NCBI RefSeq assembly: GCF_000195975.1 | Contig: NC_005070.1 | Location: 2,370,001 to 2,402,000, forward strand | Length of the DNA: 32,000 nucleotides | Source of the DNA: Parasynechococcus marenigrum WH 8102 | GTDB taxonomy: Bacteria; Cyanobacteriota; Cyanobacteriia; PCC-6307; Cyanobiaceae | Direction: 5' to 3' | In this document: in pieces, positions 24,245-32,000 of the stretch | How the letters are laid out: each line of letters opens with the position of its first letter | Position numbering within the stretch: position 1 is the first letter of the stretch | Program-made: the position numbers and the translations under genes | The notes under the pieces: generated by a model | Databases searched by the model: none | Told to the model about the DNA's origin: nothing | What the model saw: only the letters and a program-made list of their open reading frames with translations

Positions 24245-25315
24245 GTGACCAGCGGCATCGTCAACGGTCGGGAACGCTTCAAGCAGCACCTGCGCAAAGT
24301 TGGCAGTGGTGAGCACACCAGCAAGGGGATGAGCCGGGAGGAGGCTGCCGATGCGCTCCATCTCATGCTCGATGGGGTGGCATCCCCAGCTCAGATCGGA
24401 GCCTTCCTGATCGCCCATCGCATCCGCCGGCCGGAGCCTCAGGAACTCACTGGCATGCTCGATACCTACCGTAGACTTGGTCCTGTGCTGACCAGTGCAG
24501 AGGGTCAGCGGCCGCCGCTCTGTTTCGGCATGCCATTTGACGGTCGCACACGCACGGCCCCTATCTACCCACTCACCACGCTGGTGCTGCTCGCCTGCGG
24601 TCAGCCCGTGGTGCTGCAAGGGGGGAATCGCATTCCGATCAAATACGGCGTCACCGCCATTGATCTGTTCCGAATACTGGGCCTTGACCTGGCGGGTCTC
24701 TCCATAGCCACTGTCCAAGAAGGCTTTGAGCAGACCGGGTTTGCACTGATCCACCAGCCCGACCATTTCGCCATCGCCGAAAGCCTGATCGGTTACCGCG
24801 AGGAACTGGGCAAACGTCCTCCAGTGGCCAGTCTTGAACTGCTGTGGACACCCCATCAAGGCAACCACCTGCTGGTAAGTGGTTTCGTTCATCCCCCCAC
24901 GGAAAGCCGCGCCTGGGAGGCCCTCAAGCTGGCCGGCGAAACCAATCTGCTCACGGTGAAGGGTCTGGAAGGTGGCACCGATCTCCCCATCGGGCGGGCC
25001 TGCATCACCGCAAGGGTTCAGCAGGGCCAGGCCGAACGGCTGATTCTTCACCCTCGAGACCATGGCTGCCATGCAGCGGATGTGGAGTGGAGCGACGAAA
25101 CGGCCTGGACGGAAAAGGCCCTTGCGGCACTCGACAACCGTGGCCCACTCCTGGATGCCCTGCGCTGGAATGCCGGGGCTTACCTCTGGTTCAGCGGCCT
25201 CAGCGACAGCCTTGAATCAGGCCTGCAAACAGCTGATGGCGTGCTGAAAACAGGCCAAGCCCTGCAATGCCTCGATCAGCTGCGGTCCTGGAGAAGCCAT
25301 TTATCCATCCGATAG
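24245..25315 (+). CDS. Anthranilate phosphoribosyltransferase (TrpD) family paralogue with degenerate catalytic motifs
   Basis: The N-terminal helical domain (ASPAQIGAFLIAHRIRRPEPQELTGMLD) aligns by eye to TrpD. The positions of GTGGD and KHGNR read GMPFDG and QGGNRI. GTG start. The long antisense ORF 24227-25072 is rejected. Confidence 0.65.
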   Translation: MTSGIVNGRERFKQHLRKVGSGEHTSKGMSREEAADALHLMLDGVASPAQIGAFLIAHRIRRPEPQELTGMLDTYRRLGPVLTSAEGQRPPLCFGMPFDGRTRTAPIYPLTTLVLLACGQPVVLQGGNRIPIKYGVTAIDLFRILGLDLAGLSIATVQEGFEQTGFALIHQPDHFAIAESLIGYREELGKRPPVASLELLWTPHQGNHLLVSGFVHPPTESRAWEALKLAGETNLLTVKGLEGGTDLPIGRACITARVQQGQAERLILHPRDHGCHAADVEWSDETAWTEKALAALDNRGPLLDALRWNAGAYLWFSGLSDSLESGLQTADGVLKTGQALQCLDQLRSWRSHLSIR

Positions 25316-25743
25316 CGCTTGAACGGGACGCCTCCGATGCTGATGGTTTCCGGAGCCTGCACACGCCAACCGCAGCGTTCCAGCAACGGACGACTCAACT
25401 GACTCGCTTCGGTGCGCAACCGCTCCACCCCCTCATGGCGGGCATCGGCCTCAATCTGGTCCAGCAAGGCGCGGCCATGGCCCTGGCGGCAAGCCCGTCC
25501 TCGGCAATAAAGCAAAGACAAGCGATCCCTCGGTTCACGGATGGCAAAGGCAGCGTCGTGACCGCTAATCCACCCCTGCCCCTCCAGGAAGGTGCGATCC
25601 AGGATCCCGGGCAACCAGGCCAGAGCCGCCCAGGCGCGGACCTGGTCTGAGGAATAGAGCCCCGGAGCCTGACTCTCGATGGCATCCGCGTAGATCTCCC
25701 GCAGCAGGGGGTGATCAGCGGACCCGATCGGGCGGAGTGGCAT
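25276..25743 (-). CDS. GNAT-family N-acetyltransferase
   Basis: 155 aa with an acetyl-CoA-binding-type motif (LLYCRGRACRQGHGRALLDQIEADAR). There is a 40-nt convergent overlap with the TrpD-like gene. Confidence 0.7.
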   Translation of the reverse strand: MPLRPIGSADHPLLREIYADAIESQAPGLYSSDQVRAWAALAWLPGILDRTFLEGQGWISGHDAAFAIREPRDRLSLLYCRGRACRQGHGRALLDQIEADARHEGVERLRTEASQLSRPLLERCGWRVQAPETISIGGVPFKRYRMDKWLLQDRS

Positions 25744-27040
25744 GCCATCGGCCTGTGGGAATGTGAGTCTCCTTCAACCGCCGGTCGCCTTGCAGCGCCC
25801 CCGTATCCCCACCCTGCTCAGCGCGTTTCTGACGCTGCTGAACGATCGACTGAGCGAGAGCATTTTCTTACCGCTGTTGCCCTTTCTGCTGGCGGACTTC
25901 AGCAGCAGCGGCAGCACCGTCGGTCTGCTGTCGGGGACTTACGCCCTCTCTCAATTCGCTGTAGCGCCACTGATCGGTGCCCTCAGTGATCGCTTCGGCC
26001 GCAAACCGGTGATCAGCATCTGTGTGGGTGGCTCCGTCGTCGGCATGGGACTGTTCGCTATCACCCTGACGGTGCCCTGGCAGCAGATCTGGCCCGGAGC
26101 TGCCGCAGCAGGCGTCCCCCTAGCCCTGCTGTTCACAGCCCGGATCATCGATGGCATCAGCGGCGGAACGGCCGCCACCGCCACCGCCGTACTGGCTGAC
26201 GTCACAACCCCGGAGAACCGTGCCAAAGCCTTTGGACTGATCGGTGTTGCCTTCGGCCTGGGCTTTGCCCTCGGACCAGGCCTTGGTGGTGTGCTGGGTG
26301 AAATGAACCGCATCCTCCCCGCCTGGGGAGCCACCGGGTTTGCCGTCGTGAACCTGGTGATGGTGAGTCTGTTGCTGCCGGAAACCCATCCTCTTGAGGC
26401 CCGTAAACCTCTGCCGCGCAAGCGAGCCCTCAACCCTGTATCGCTGCTTCAGCGGGTGTTTGCCCGTCCAGACGTGCGGCGTCTGGCCCTGGCCTTCTTC
26501 GGCTTCTTCATGGCCTTCAACGGCTTCACCACGGTTCTTGTGCTTTATCTGCGCAACGCCTTCAACTGGACGGAAGGGATGGCGGGAGCCGCCTTTGCCC
26601 TAGTGGGCGTGATCGCCATGGTGGTGCAGGGAGGACTGATCGGCCCGCTGGTGAAGCGATTCGGCGAACTCCGTCTCACCCTGGCGGGTCTGGGACTGCT
26701 CAGCGTGGGTTGCCTGATGGTGCCGCTCGCAACGGAAGAGACGTCGATGCCGGTCATTTACAGCGCCGTCGCCCTGCTGGCGCTGGGCACCGGCCTGGTC
26801 ACGCCTTGTCTGCGGGCGCTGGTCTCGAAACGACTGACGCGGGATGGTCAGGGAGCAGCCCTGGGAGGACTGCAGGGACTCCAGAGTCTCGGCACCTTTC
26901 TGGGGGCATCCGCTGCAGGATTCAGCTACGACCATCTGGGACAGACGAGTCCCTTCTGGATCGGTGCTCTGGTGCTGTTCGGCGTGGCAGGTCTTGTGGC
27001 TGGAGCCCCGCGTTCAGCCAGGGTTGAGACACGAATCTGA
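25742..27040 (+). CDS. MFS transporter (DHA1/tetracycline-resistance-like)
   Basis: 432 aa with about 12 hydrophobic segments and the MFS loop motif GALSDRFGRKPV between TM2 and TM3. The start is uncertain (ATG 25742 or GTG 25763). Confidence 0.8.
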   Translation: MPSACGNVSLLQPPVALQRPRIPTLLSAFLTLLNDRLSESIFLPLLPFLLADFSSSGSTVGLLSGTYALSQFAVAPLIGALSDRFGRKPVISICVGGSVVGMGLFAITLTVPWQQIWPGAAAAGVPLALLFTARIIDGISGGTAATATAVLADVTTPENRAKAFGLIGVAFGLGFALGPGLGGVLGEMNRILPAWGATGFAVVNLVMVSLLLPETHPLEARKPLPRKRALNPVSLLQRVFARPDVRRLALAFFGFFMAFNGFTTVLVLYLRNAFNWTEGMAGAAFALVGVIAMVVQGGLIGPLVKRFGELRLTLAGLGLLSVGCLMVPLATEETSMPVIYSAVALLALGTGLVTPCLRALVSKRLTRDGQGAALGGLQGLQSLGTFLGASAAGFSYDHLGQTSPFWIGALVLFGVAGLVAGAPRSARVETRI

Positions 27041-27085
27041 TTGCTACGTTTCGGCTGACCCCGCAGATCCAGCTCCAAACTTCCC

Positions 27086-29224
27086 ATGAGCTCCGCTGTT
27101 CTGAGCCCGGACCGCTACATCAACCGGGAACTGAGCTGGATCGCCTTCAACCAGAGAGTCCTCGCCCAGGCGCTGGATCAGCGCACCCCCCTGCTGGACC
27201 AGGCCAAGTTCAGCGCCATCTTCAGCAACAACCTTGATGAGTTCTTCATGGTGCGCGTGGCGTCCCTGAAGTCTCAGGTGGAAGCTGGCATCACCACCCC
27301 CAGCGAAGACGGAAAGACGCCGCTCGAACAGCTGCTGACCATTCGCGAACGGCTGATACCCCTGCTGCAGCAACAGCAGGACCACTACCGCAAACAACTG
27401 CGCAAAAAACTGCTCGACCACAACGTGCAACTGCTGGATTACAGCCAGTTGAACAAGCATCAACAGCAATGGGTCAGCGACACCTTCCGCCATTCGGTGT
27501 TTCCAGTGCTGACTCCGCTTGCCGTTGACCCGGCACATCCCTTCCCCTTCGTCAGCAACCTCAGCCTCAACGTTGCTGCTGTCATTCACGACCCGGAATC
27601 AGGCCAACGTCAATTCGCACGAGTGAAGGTTCCCCAGAAGAACCTGCCACGCTTCGTCTCCATTCCCACCGAGCTGAGTGAGAGCGATCCCAAACCCATC
27701 CACACCGCCGTACCGCTGGAACAGGTGATCGCCTTCAACCTCGATCTCCTCTTTCCGGGGATGAGCGTGCAGGGGCATTACTTCTTCCGCGTGACCCGCG
27801 ATGCCGACCTGGAACTGCGGGATCTCGAAGCCGATGACCTGATGCTTGCCCTTGAGCAGGGTCTGCGCAAACGGCGAATGGGAGGCGAAGTGGTGCGACT
27901 CGAAGTGCCCAACGACATGCCCGAGGACGTCGTTGAAATGTTGATGAATGGCCTCGCCGTTGAGGAAGAAGACCTCTACAGGATTGATGGACCCCTGGGT
28001 CTGGATGATCTCTTCGGATTGATGGCCCTGCCTCTTCCGAAACTGAAGGACAAACAGCACAGCGGACAGACCCCAACGGTACTGGCCAGAACCCAACAGC
28101 ATCTGATTGACGAAGGTGCCATCAAACCCGAGGAATTCGAGAGCATCTTCTCGGTGATGCGTCAGCAGGACATCCTCTTGCATCACCCCTATGACCTGTT
28201 CTCCACCACGGTGGAGGAATTCATCAATCAGGCCGCTGATGATCCCCAGGTGATGGGGATCAAGATGACCCTCTATCGAACCTCGAAGGATTCACCGATC
28301 ATCGCGGCACTGATCCGTGCCGCTGAAAATGGCAAGCAGGTGATGGCCCTAGTGGAACTCAAGGCCAGATTTGATGAAGACAACAACATCCAGTGGGCCC
28401 GGCAACTGGAACGCTCCGGCGTCCATGTGGTGTATGGCGTTCTGGGCTTGAAAACCCACACCAAGATCGTTCTGGTGGTCCGCAAAGAGCAAGAGAAGCT
28501 GCGCAGTTACGTCCACATCGGGACCGGGAATTACAACTCGAAAACCTCGAAGCTCTACACCGATCTCGGACTTCTCTCCACGCGGCCGGAGCTGGGCCAG
28601 GACCTGGTGGAACTGTTCAACTACCTGACCGGGTTCTCAAAACAGCAGAGTTTCCGCCGACTGCTTGTGGCTCCGGTGACCCTGCGCAAAGGGATGGAAT
28701 CCCTGATCCGGCGCGAAATCGAACATGCCAGGGAAGGTCGAGACGGTCACATCAGAGCCAAGATGAATTCCTTGGTGGATCCGGACATCATCGCTTTGTT
28801 GTATGAAGCCGCAGCAGCGAATGTGCGGGTTGAACTGATCATCCGCGGCATGTGCAGCCTCTACCCAGGCCGAGAAGGGCTGAGTGAAAGCATCAGCGTT
28901 GTGAGCATCATCGGCCAGTTCCTTGAACACTCGCGGATTTTCTGGTTCGGAAACGGCGGCTCACCTGAGGTGTATATCGGAAGCGCAGACTGGATGAGTC
29001 GCAACCTTGACCGCCGGGTGGAAGCTGTGACACCCGTGGAAGATCCCAACCTTCGAGGCCGACTGGAGCGCTTGCTGGAGCTCTACCTGAAGGACAACCG
29101 GGGCGCCTGGGACATGCAAAGCGATGGCAGCTTTATCCAACGGCAACCAGAGGACGGAGAGGACGTTCGCAACTCTCAAGTTCAACTGATCAAGCAATGG
29201 AGTCAAGGCGTGCCGCAATCGTGA
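27086..29224 (+). CDS. ppk: Polyphosphate kinase 1
   Basis: 712 aa with the N-terminal YINRELSWIAFNQRVL, the PLD-like HKD regions (GLKTHTKIVLVVR; GQFLEHSRIFWF) and the SADWMSRNLDRRVE motif. Confidence 0.92.
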   Translation: MSSAVLSPDRYINRELSWIAFNQRVLAQALDQRTPLLDQAKFSAIFSNNLDEFFMVRVASLKSQVEAGITTPSEDGKTPLEQLLTIRERLIPLLQQQQDHYRKQLRKKLLDHNVQLLDYSQLNKHQQQWVSDTFRHSVFPVLTPLAVDPAHPFPFVSNLSLNVAAVIHDPESGQRQFARVKVPQKNLPRFVSIPTELSESDPKPIHTAVPLEQVIAFNLDLLFPGMSVQGHYFFRVTRDADLELRDLEADDLMLALEQGLRKRRMGGEVVRLEVPNDMPEDVVEMLMNGLAVEEEDLYRIDGPLGLDDLFGLMALPLPKLKDKQHSGQTPTVLARTQQHLIDEGAIKPEEFESIFSVMRQQDILLHHPYDLFSTTVEEFINQAADDPQVMGIKMTLYRTSKDSPIIAALIRAAENGKQVMALVELKARFDEDNNIQWARQLERSGVHVVYGVLGLKTHTKIVLVVRKEQEKLRSYVHIGTGNYNSKTSKLYTDLGLLSTRPELGQDLVELFNYLTGFSKQQSFRRLLVAPVTLRKGMESLIRREIEHAREGRDGHIRAKMNSLVDPDIIALLYEAAAANVRVELIIRGMCSLYPGREGLSESISVVSIIGQFLEHSRIFWFGNGGSPEVYIGSADWMSRNLDRRVEAVTPVEDPNLRGRLERLLELYLKDNRGAWDMQSDGSFIQRQPEDGEDVRNSQVQLIKQWSQGVPQS

Positions 29225-29386
29225 TCTTTTGAGATGAAGTTGCGTCAAATATCCGTGATGACTGATACGGAATCGTTGCAATCAAGCTGAAGCCGTTCAA
29301 CACACTCCAGCCACACACTGGTGTCGCAAACCACATCAGGGGCTCCCGAAAGTCTTCGGATTCACAACAGTCAAATCTGAAGGTGA

Positions 29387-30412
29387 GTGCTAAATTCACA
29401 ACAAATTCATCAGGAGACCAGGGTGATGGGGATCCCTCTGGACTCTTCCGGATCGACTGCAAAGTCTTCCCGGAAGTCACCTGCCTTGCCATCCACTGGA
29501 CGGCGGGCATCAACGCGTCAAGGCGGCCGTCTGGCCACCGATTCCATCGGTTTTTATCTCAGCAGCATCGGTCGCATTCCTCTGCTGACAGCCGCTGAAG
29601 AGATTGAACTGGCGCACCACGTCCAAGAGATGAAGCAACTTCAGGAACTCCCTGAAGAGGAGCTCACCTCCCGTCATCGTCACAAAATCCGCATGGGCAA
29701 ACGTGCCCGGGATCGGATGATGGCGGCCAACCTCCGCCTTGTGGTCAGCGTCGCCAAGAAGTACCAGAACCAGGGACTGGAACTGCTGGATCTGGTTCAG
29801 GAGGGTGCGATCGGACTCGAACGGGCCGTCGATAAGTTCGACCCGGCCATGGGATACAAGTTCTCCACCTACGCCTACTGGTGGATCCGCCAGGGGATGA
29901 CTCGCGCGATCGACAACAGCGCCCGCACCATCCGGCTGCCGATTCACATCAGCGAAAAGCTCTCCAAGATGCGGCGCATCTCGAGAGAATTGTCGCATCG
30001 GTTTGGACGTCAACCAAATCGACTGGAACTGGCCAGTGCCATGGGCATTGAGCCGCGCGAACTGGAGGATCTGATCTCCCAGAGCGCTCCCTGTGCATCG
30101 CTCGATGCCCATGCCCGCGGCGAGGAAGACCGCAGCACCCTCGGTGAGCTGATTCCAGACCCCAACGGTGAGGAGCCGATGGAAGGCATGGACCGCAGCA
30201 TCCAAAAGGAGCATCTTGGTGGTTGGCTGTCCCAGCTCAATGAGCGGGAACAGAAGATCCTGCGTCTTCGCTTCGGTCTTGGCGGTGAAGAGCCGCTGAC
30301 CCTTGCGGAGATCGGGCGTCAGATCAATGTGTCCCGCGAGCGGGTTCGTCAGCTGGAAGCCAAGGCCATCCTCAAGCTGCGCTTGATGACCGATCACCAG
30401 CAGGCCGCCTGA
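29387..30412 (+). CDS. Group-2 sigma-70 family RNA polymerase sigma factor
   Basis: Regions 1.2 to 4.2 are recognisable (DSIGFYLSSIGRIPLLTAAEEIEL, NLRLVVSVAKKY, QEGAIGLERAVDKFDP, YAYWWIRQ, ISRERVRQLEAKAILKLR). Its 341 aa has no long region 1.1. The ATG at 29426, preceded by CAGGAG, is a likely true start. Confidence 0.88.
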   Translation: MLNSQQIHQETRVMGIPLDSSGSTAKSSRKSPALPSTGRRASTRQGGRLATDSIGFYLSSIGRIPLLTAAEEIELAHHVQEMKQLQELPEEELTSRHRHKIRMGKRARDRMMAANLRLVVSVAKKYQNQGLELLDLVQEGAIGLERAVDKFDPAMGYKFSTYAYWWIRQGMTRAIDNSARTIRLPIHISEKLSKMRRISRELSHRFGRQPNRLELASAMGIEPRELEDLISQSAPCASLDAHARGEEDRSTLGELIPDPNGEEPMEGMDRSIQKEHLGGWLSQLNEREQKILRLRFGLGGEEPLTLAEIGRQINVSRERVRQLEAKAILKLRLMTDHQQAA

Positions 30413-30429
30413 TCCAAGCCTCCAGTCCG

Positions 30430-31080
30430 GTGGTACATCTGATCGGACCCATCGCCATCTCTCTATGGCTCGGGATCGTGGTGCTGATCGCCGTGCTGAC
30501 TCGTCAGCGCTGGCCCGATCAGCAGGAGTTGTCTCGCAAAATCATCCACATCGGCACAGGAGCCGTGGTTCCTCTGGCCTGGTTCTTCGCCATCCCGGCC
30601 TGGATCGCCGTTCCCTTTGCCGTGTTGGTGACCCTGGCAACGGCGATCAACCACCGATGGCGCATCGTTCCGGCCGTTGAGGATGTCAATCGCAACAGCT
30701 ACGGCACTGTTGCCTACGGCCTGGCAATCACCATGCTGCTGATTCTGTGCTGGCCCGCCCGAGCCGATGCAGTCTGCGCCGGTGTTCTTGTGATGGCACT
30801 CGGCGATGGACTGGCAGGCCTCATCGGCCGATCGGTGAACTCAGCGCGGTGGACCGTGCTGGGACAGACGAAATCCGTCGCTGGCACGTTGACCATGGCC
30901 CTGGTGTCAACGCTGGTGTTGGTCGGATTGATGCTGGTCAGCGGCAACGCCATCGGCTGGAGAGTTGCCTTAGGCATTAGTACGATGGCCACGGCCCTGG
31001 AACAAGTCAGTCCGGCGGGGGTGGACAACCTCAGCGTGCCGCTGCTGGTGGGCCTGACCTGGGTGTTGCTGATCAGCTGA
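30430..31080 (+). CDS. Polytopic membrane protein, phytol-kinase/dolichol-kinase-like (CTP-dependent prenol kinase family)
   Basis: 216 aa with about 6 TM segments. SRKIIHIGTG and ALGDGLAGLIGR resemble the cyanobacterial phytol-kinase family as I recall it. GTG start. Unverified. Confidence 0.5.
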   Translation: MVHLIGPIAISLWLGIVVLIAVLTRQRWPDQQELSRKIIHIGTGAVVPLAWFFAIPAWIAVPFAVLVTLATAINHRWRIVPAVEDVNRNSYGTVAYGLAITMLLILCWPARADAVCAGVLVMALGDGLAGLIGRSVNSARWTVLGQTKSVAGTLTMALVSTLVLVGLMLVSGNAIGWRVALGISTMATALEQVSPAGVDNLSVPLLVGLTWVLLIS

Positions 31081-31420
31081 CCCGCAGCATGGCGTTCCAG
31101 TGACCCTGCCAATCGCCACGACTTCCGAGCCCGGCGACGAGTTCAACGTCAACAGGGTGATGGGTGAGTTGCTTCTGCCATCCACGGATCTGGTCCTCCT
31201 GCTCCATCCAGCGGTTGATCACCATCTGCTGCAGTGGCTCGATGTCCCAGTGCTGGTAACGTGCAATCCGCTGGGACCAACACAGGAGTTCATCCAGCAG
31301 GAGGGGGCGAAAGCCTCCCACATGAAGACCCGTGCGTTGCTCCAGAGAAAACCGACACAGCGGATCTCCGAAGCCGAAGAAATGAAGGTGAATCAACATC
31401 GTCTCCATCGTGATCAACAA
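31073..31420 (-). CDS. Hypothetical protein
   Basis: 115-aa ORF with host-like GC3 and no competing annotated gene on the other strand except an 8-nt 3' overlap. No motif recognised. Confidence 0.4.
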   Translation of the reverse strand: MLITMETMLIHLHFFGFGDPLCRFSLEQRTGLHVGGFRPLLLDELLCWSQRIARYQHWDIEPLQQMVINRWMEQEDQIRGWQKQLTHHPVDVELVAGLGSRGDWQGHWNAMLRVS

Positions 31421-31498
31421 TCTACGGAGAAGTGATGGAAAAACTGTTCAACATGATCGGTTGATGCTCAACAGTTAGCAAGCGCAAAAGGAAATCCT

Positions 31499-31529
31499 GA
31501 TTAGCACTCAAGCCCTCGGAGTGCTAATC
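31499..31529 (-). terminator. Rho-independent-type terminator downstream of the DAHP synthase gene
   Basis: GATTAGCACTC-aagccctcg-GAGTGCTAATC is a perfect 11-bp stem lying 11 nt after the stop on the minus strand. It is followed there by AGGATTTCCTTTTG, a T-rich stretch. Confidence 0.55.
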
Positions 31530-31540
31530 AATGATGAACG

Positions 31541-32000
31541 TTATGCCGTCAAAGCGCTGCTGCGATCGGCCACGGCTGCAGCCAGCTGGGACAGCAGCGC
31601 ATCCGTGGTCTCCAGGCTGATGCAGGCATCCGTAATGCTCTGGCCATAGGTGAGCTGGGAGAGACCAGCGGTCAGTTTCTGATTGCCTTCCACCAGATGA
31701 CTTTCGATCATCACGCCCATCACATGGCCGGAACCAGCCTTCAACTGATCAGCCACCGTGGCGAGTACATCGGCCTGGCGGCGGAAATCCTTGTTCGAGT
31801 TGGCATGGCTGCAGTCCACCATCAGACGATCCTTCAGGCCCGCCTTGCTCAGTTCCGCTGCAGCAGCCTGAACGGCCTCCAGGTGGTAGTTGCTGCCCTG
31901 ATGACCGCCACGCAGCACTAGATGACCATCCGGGTTGCCAGTCGTGCTCACGATCGAGGCATGGCCGTCGTGGTTGATTCCCAGAAAATGATGAGGTTTC
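31541..32000 (-). CDS. 3-deoxy-7-phosphoheptulonate (DAHP) synthase, class I, C-terminal part (5' end outside window)
   Basis: The frame stays open to base 32000 (KPHHFLGINHDGHASIVSTTGNPDGHLVLRGG...). VDCSHANS, GVMIESHLVEGNQ and GQSITDACI match class-I AroF/G/H enzymes. Confidence 0.85.
   Translation of the reverse strand, partial: KPHHFLGINHDGHASIVSTTGNPDGHLVLRGGHQGSNYHLEAVQAAAAELSKAGLKDRLMVDCSHANSNKDFRRQADVLATVADQLKAGSGHVMGVMIESHLVEGNQKLTAGLSQLTYGQSITDACISLETTDALLSQLAAAVADRSSALTA

Noticed and set aside
29255-29268. GTG-N8-TAC upstream of the sigma-factor gene as an NtcA box
   Set aside because: The left half is imperfect and no -10 element lies at the right distance. It is indistinguishable from chance.
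1-32000. Scan for CRISPR arrays, rRNA/tRNA genes, transposases, integrases, toxin-antitoxin pairs or known defence-system signatures
   Set aside because: None was recognised in any frame or in the non-coding stretches. The closest tRNA-like string (gggttctgattgg, near 22255) lacks a T-loop consensus and an acceptor stem.

Overview
The window looks like a high-GC marine-Synechococcus-type chromosome segment. This is inferred from composition, gene content and weak Shine-Dalgarno usage, and I could not run a search.

Left flank (1-9214): a nitrate-assimilation, molybdenum-cofactor and siroheme cluster. It holds the narB 3' part, a narM-like gene, a small membrane ORF, a Tat-signal beta-carbonic anhydrase, moaC, moeA, a hypothetical, an SDR, moaE, moaD, moaB, cobA and a cbiX-like gene.

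Centre (about 9.2 to 24.0 kb): a low-GC block of about 14.8 kb. Hand-counted 60-nt lines give 28-53% G+C here, mostly 30-42%, against 55-63% in both flanks. It carries nirA, an alpha/beta-hydrolase-like gene, znuBCA, a COG0523 G3E GTPase with a large insertion coupled to a WD40 gene, a small hypothetical, cynDBA behind a canonical NtcA-type promoter, tatA, about 0.5 kb of AT-rich non-coding DNA, a HEAT-repeat gene and cynS. I saw no integrase, transposase, tRNA, CRISPR array or rRNA.

Right flank (24.0-32.0 kb): a degenerate TrpD paralogue, GNAT, MFS transporter, ppk, a group-2 sigma factor, a phytol-kinase-like membrane protein, a hypothetical, and the 3' part of a class-I DAHP synthase.

I do not see a recognisable defence or mobile system. 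The best candidates for something undescribed are:
- the znuABC-divergent COG0523(insert)-WD40 coupled pair;
- the roughly 157-residue N-terminal extension ahead of an internal twin-arginine motif in CynA, with an adjacent island-borne tatA;
- the Tat-exported beta-carbonic anhydrase start/stop-coupled to moaC;
- the HEAT-repeat gene that splits the cyn genes.

All functional calls rest on motifs read by eye and on remembered family features. None was verified by a database search.
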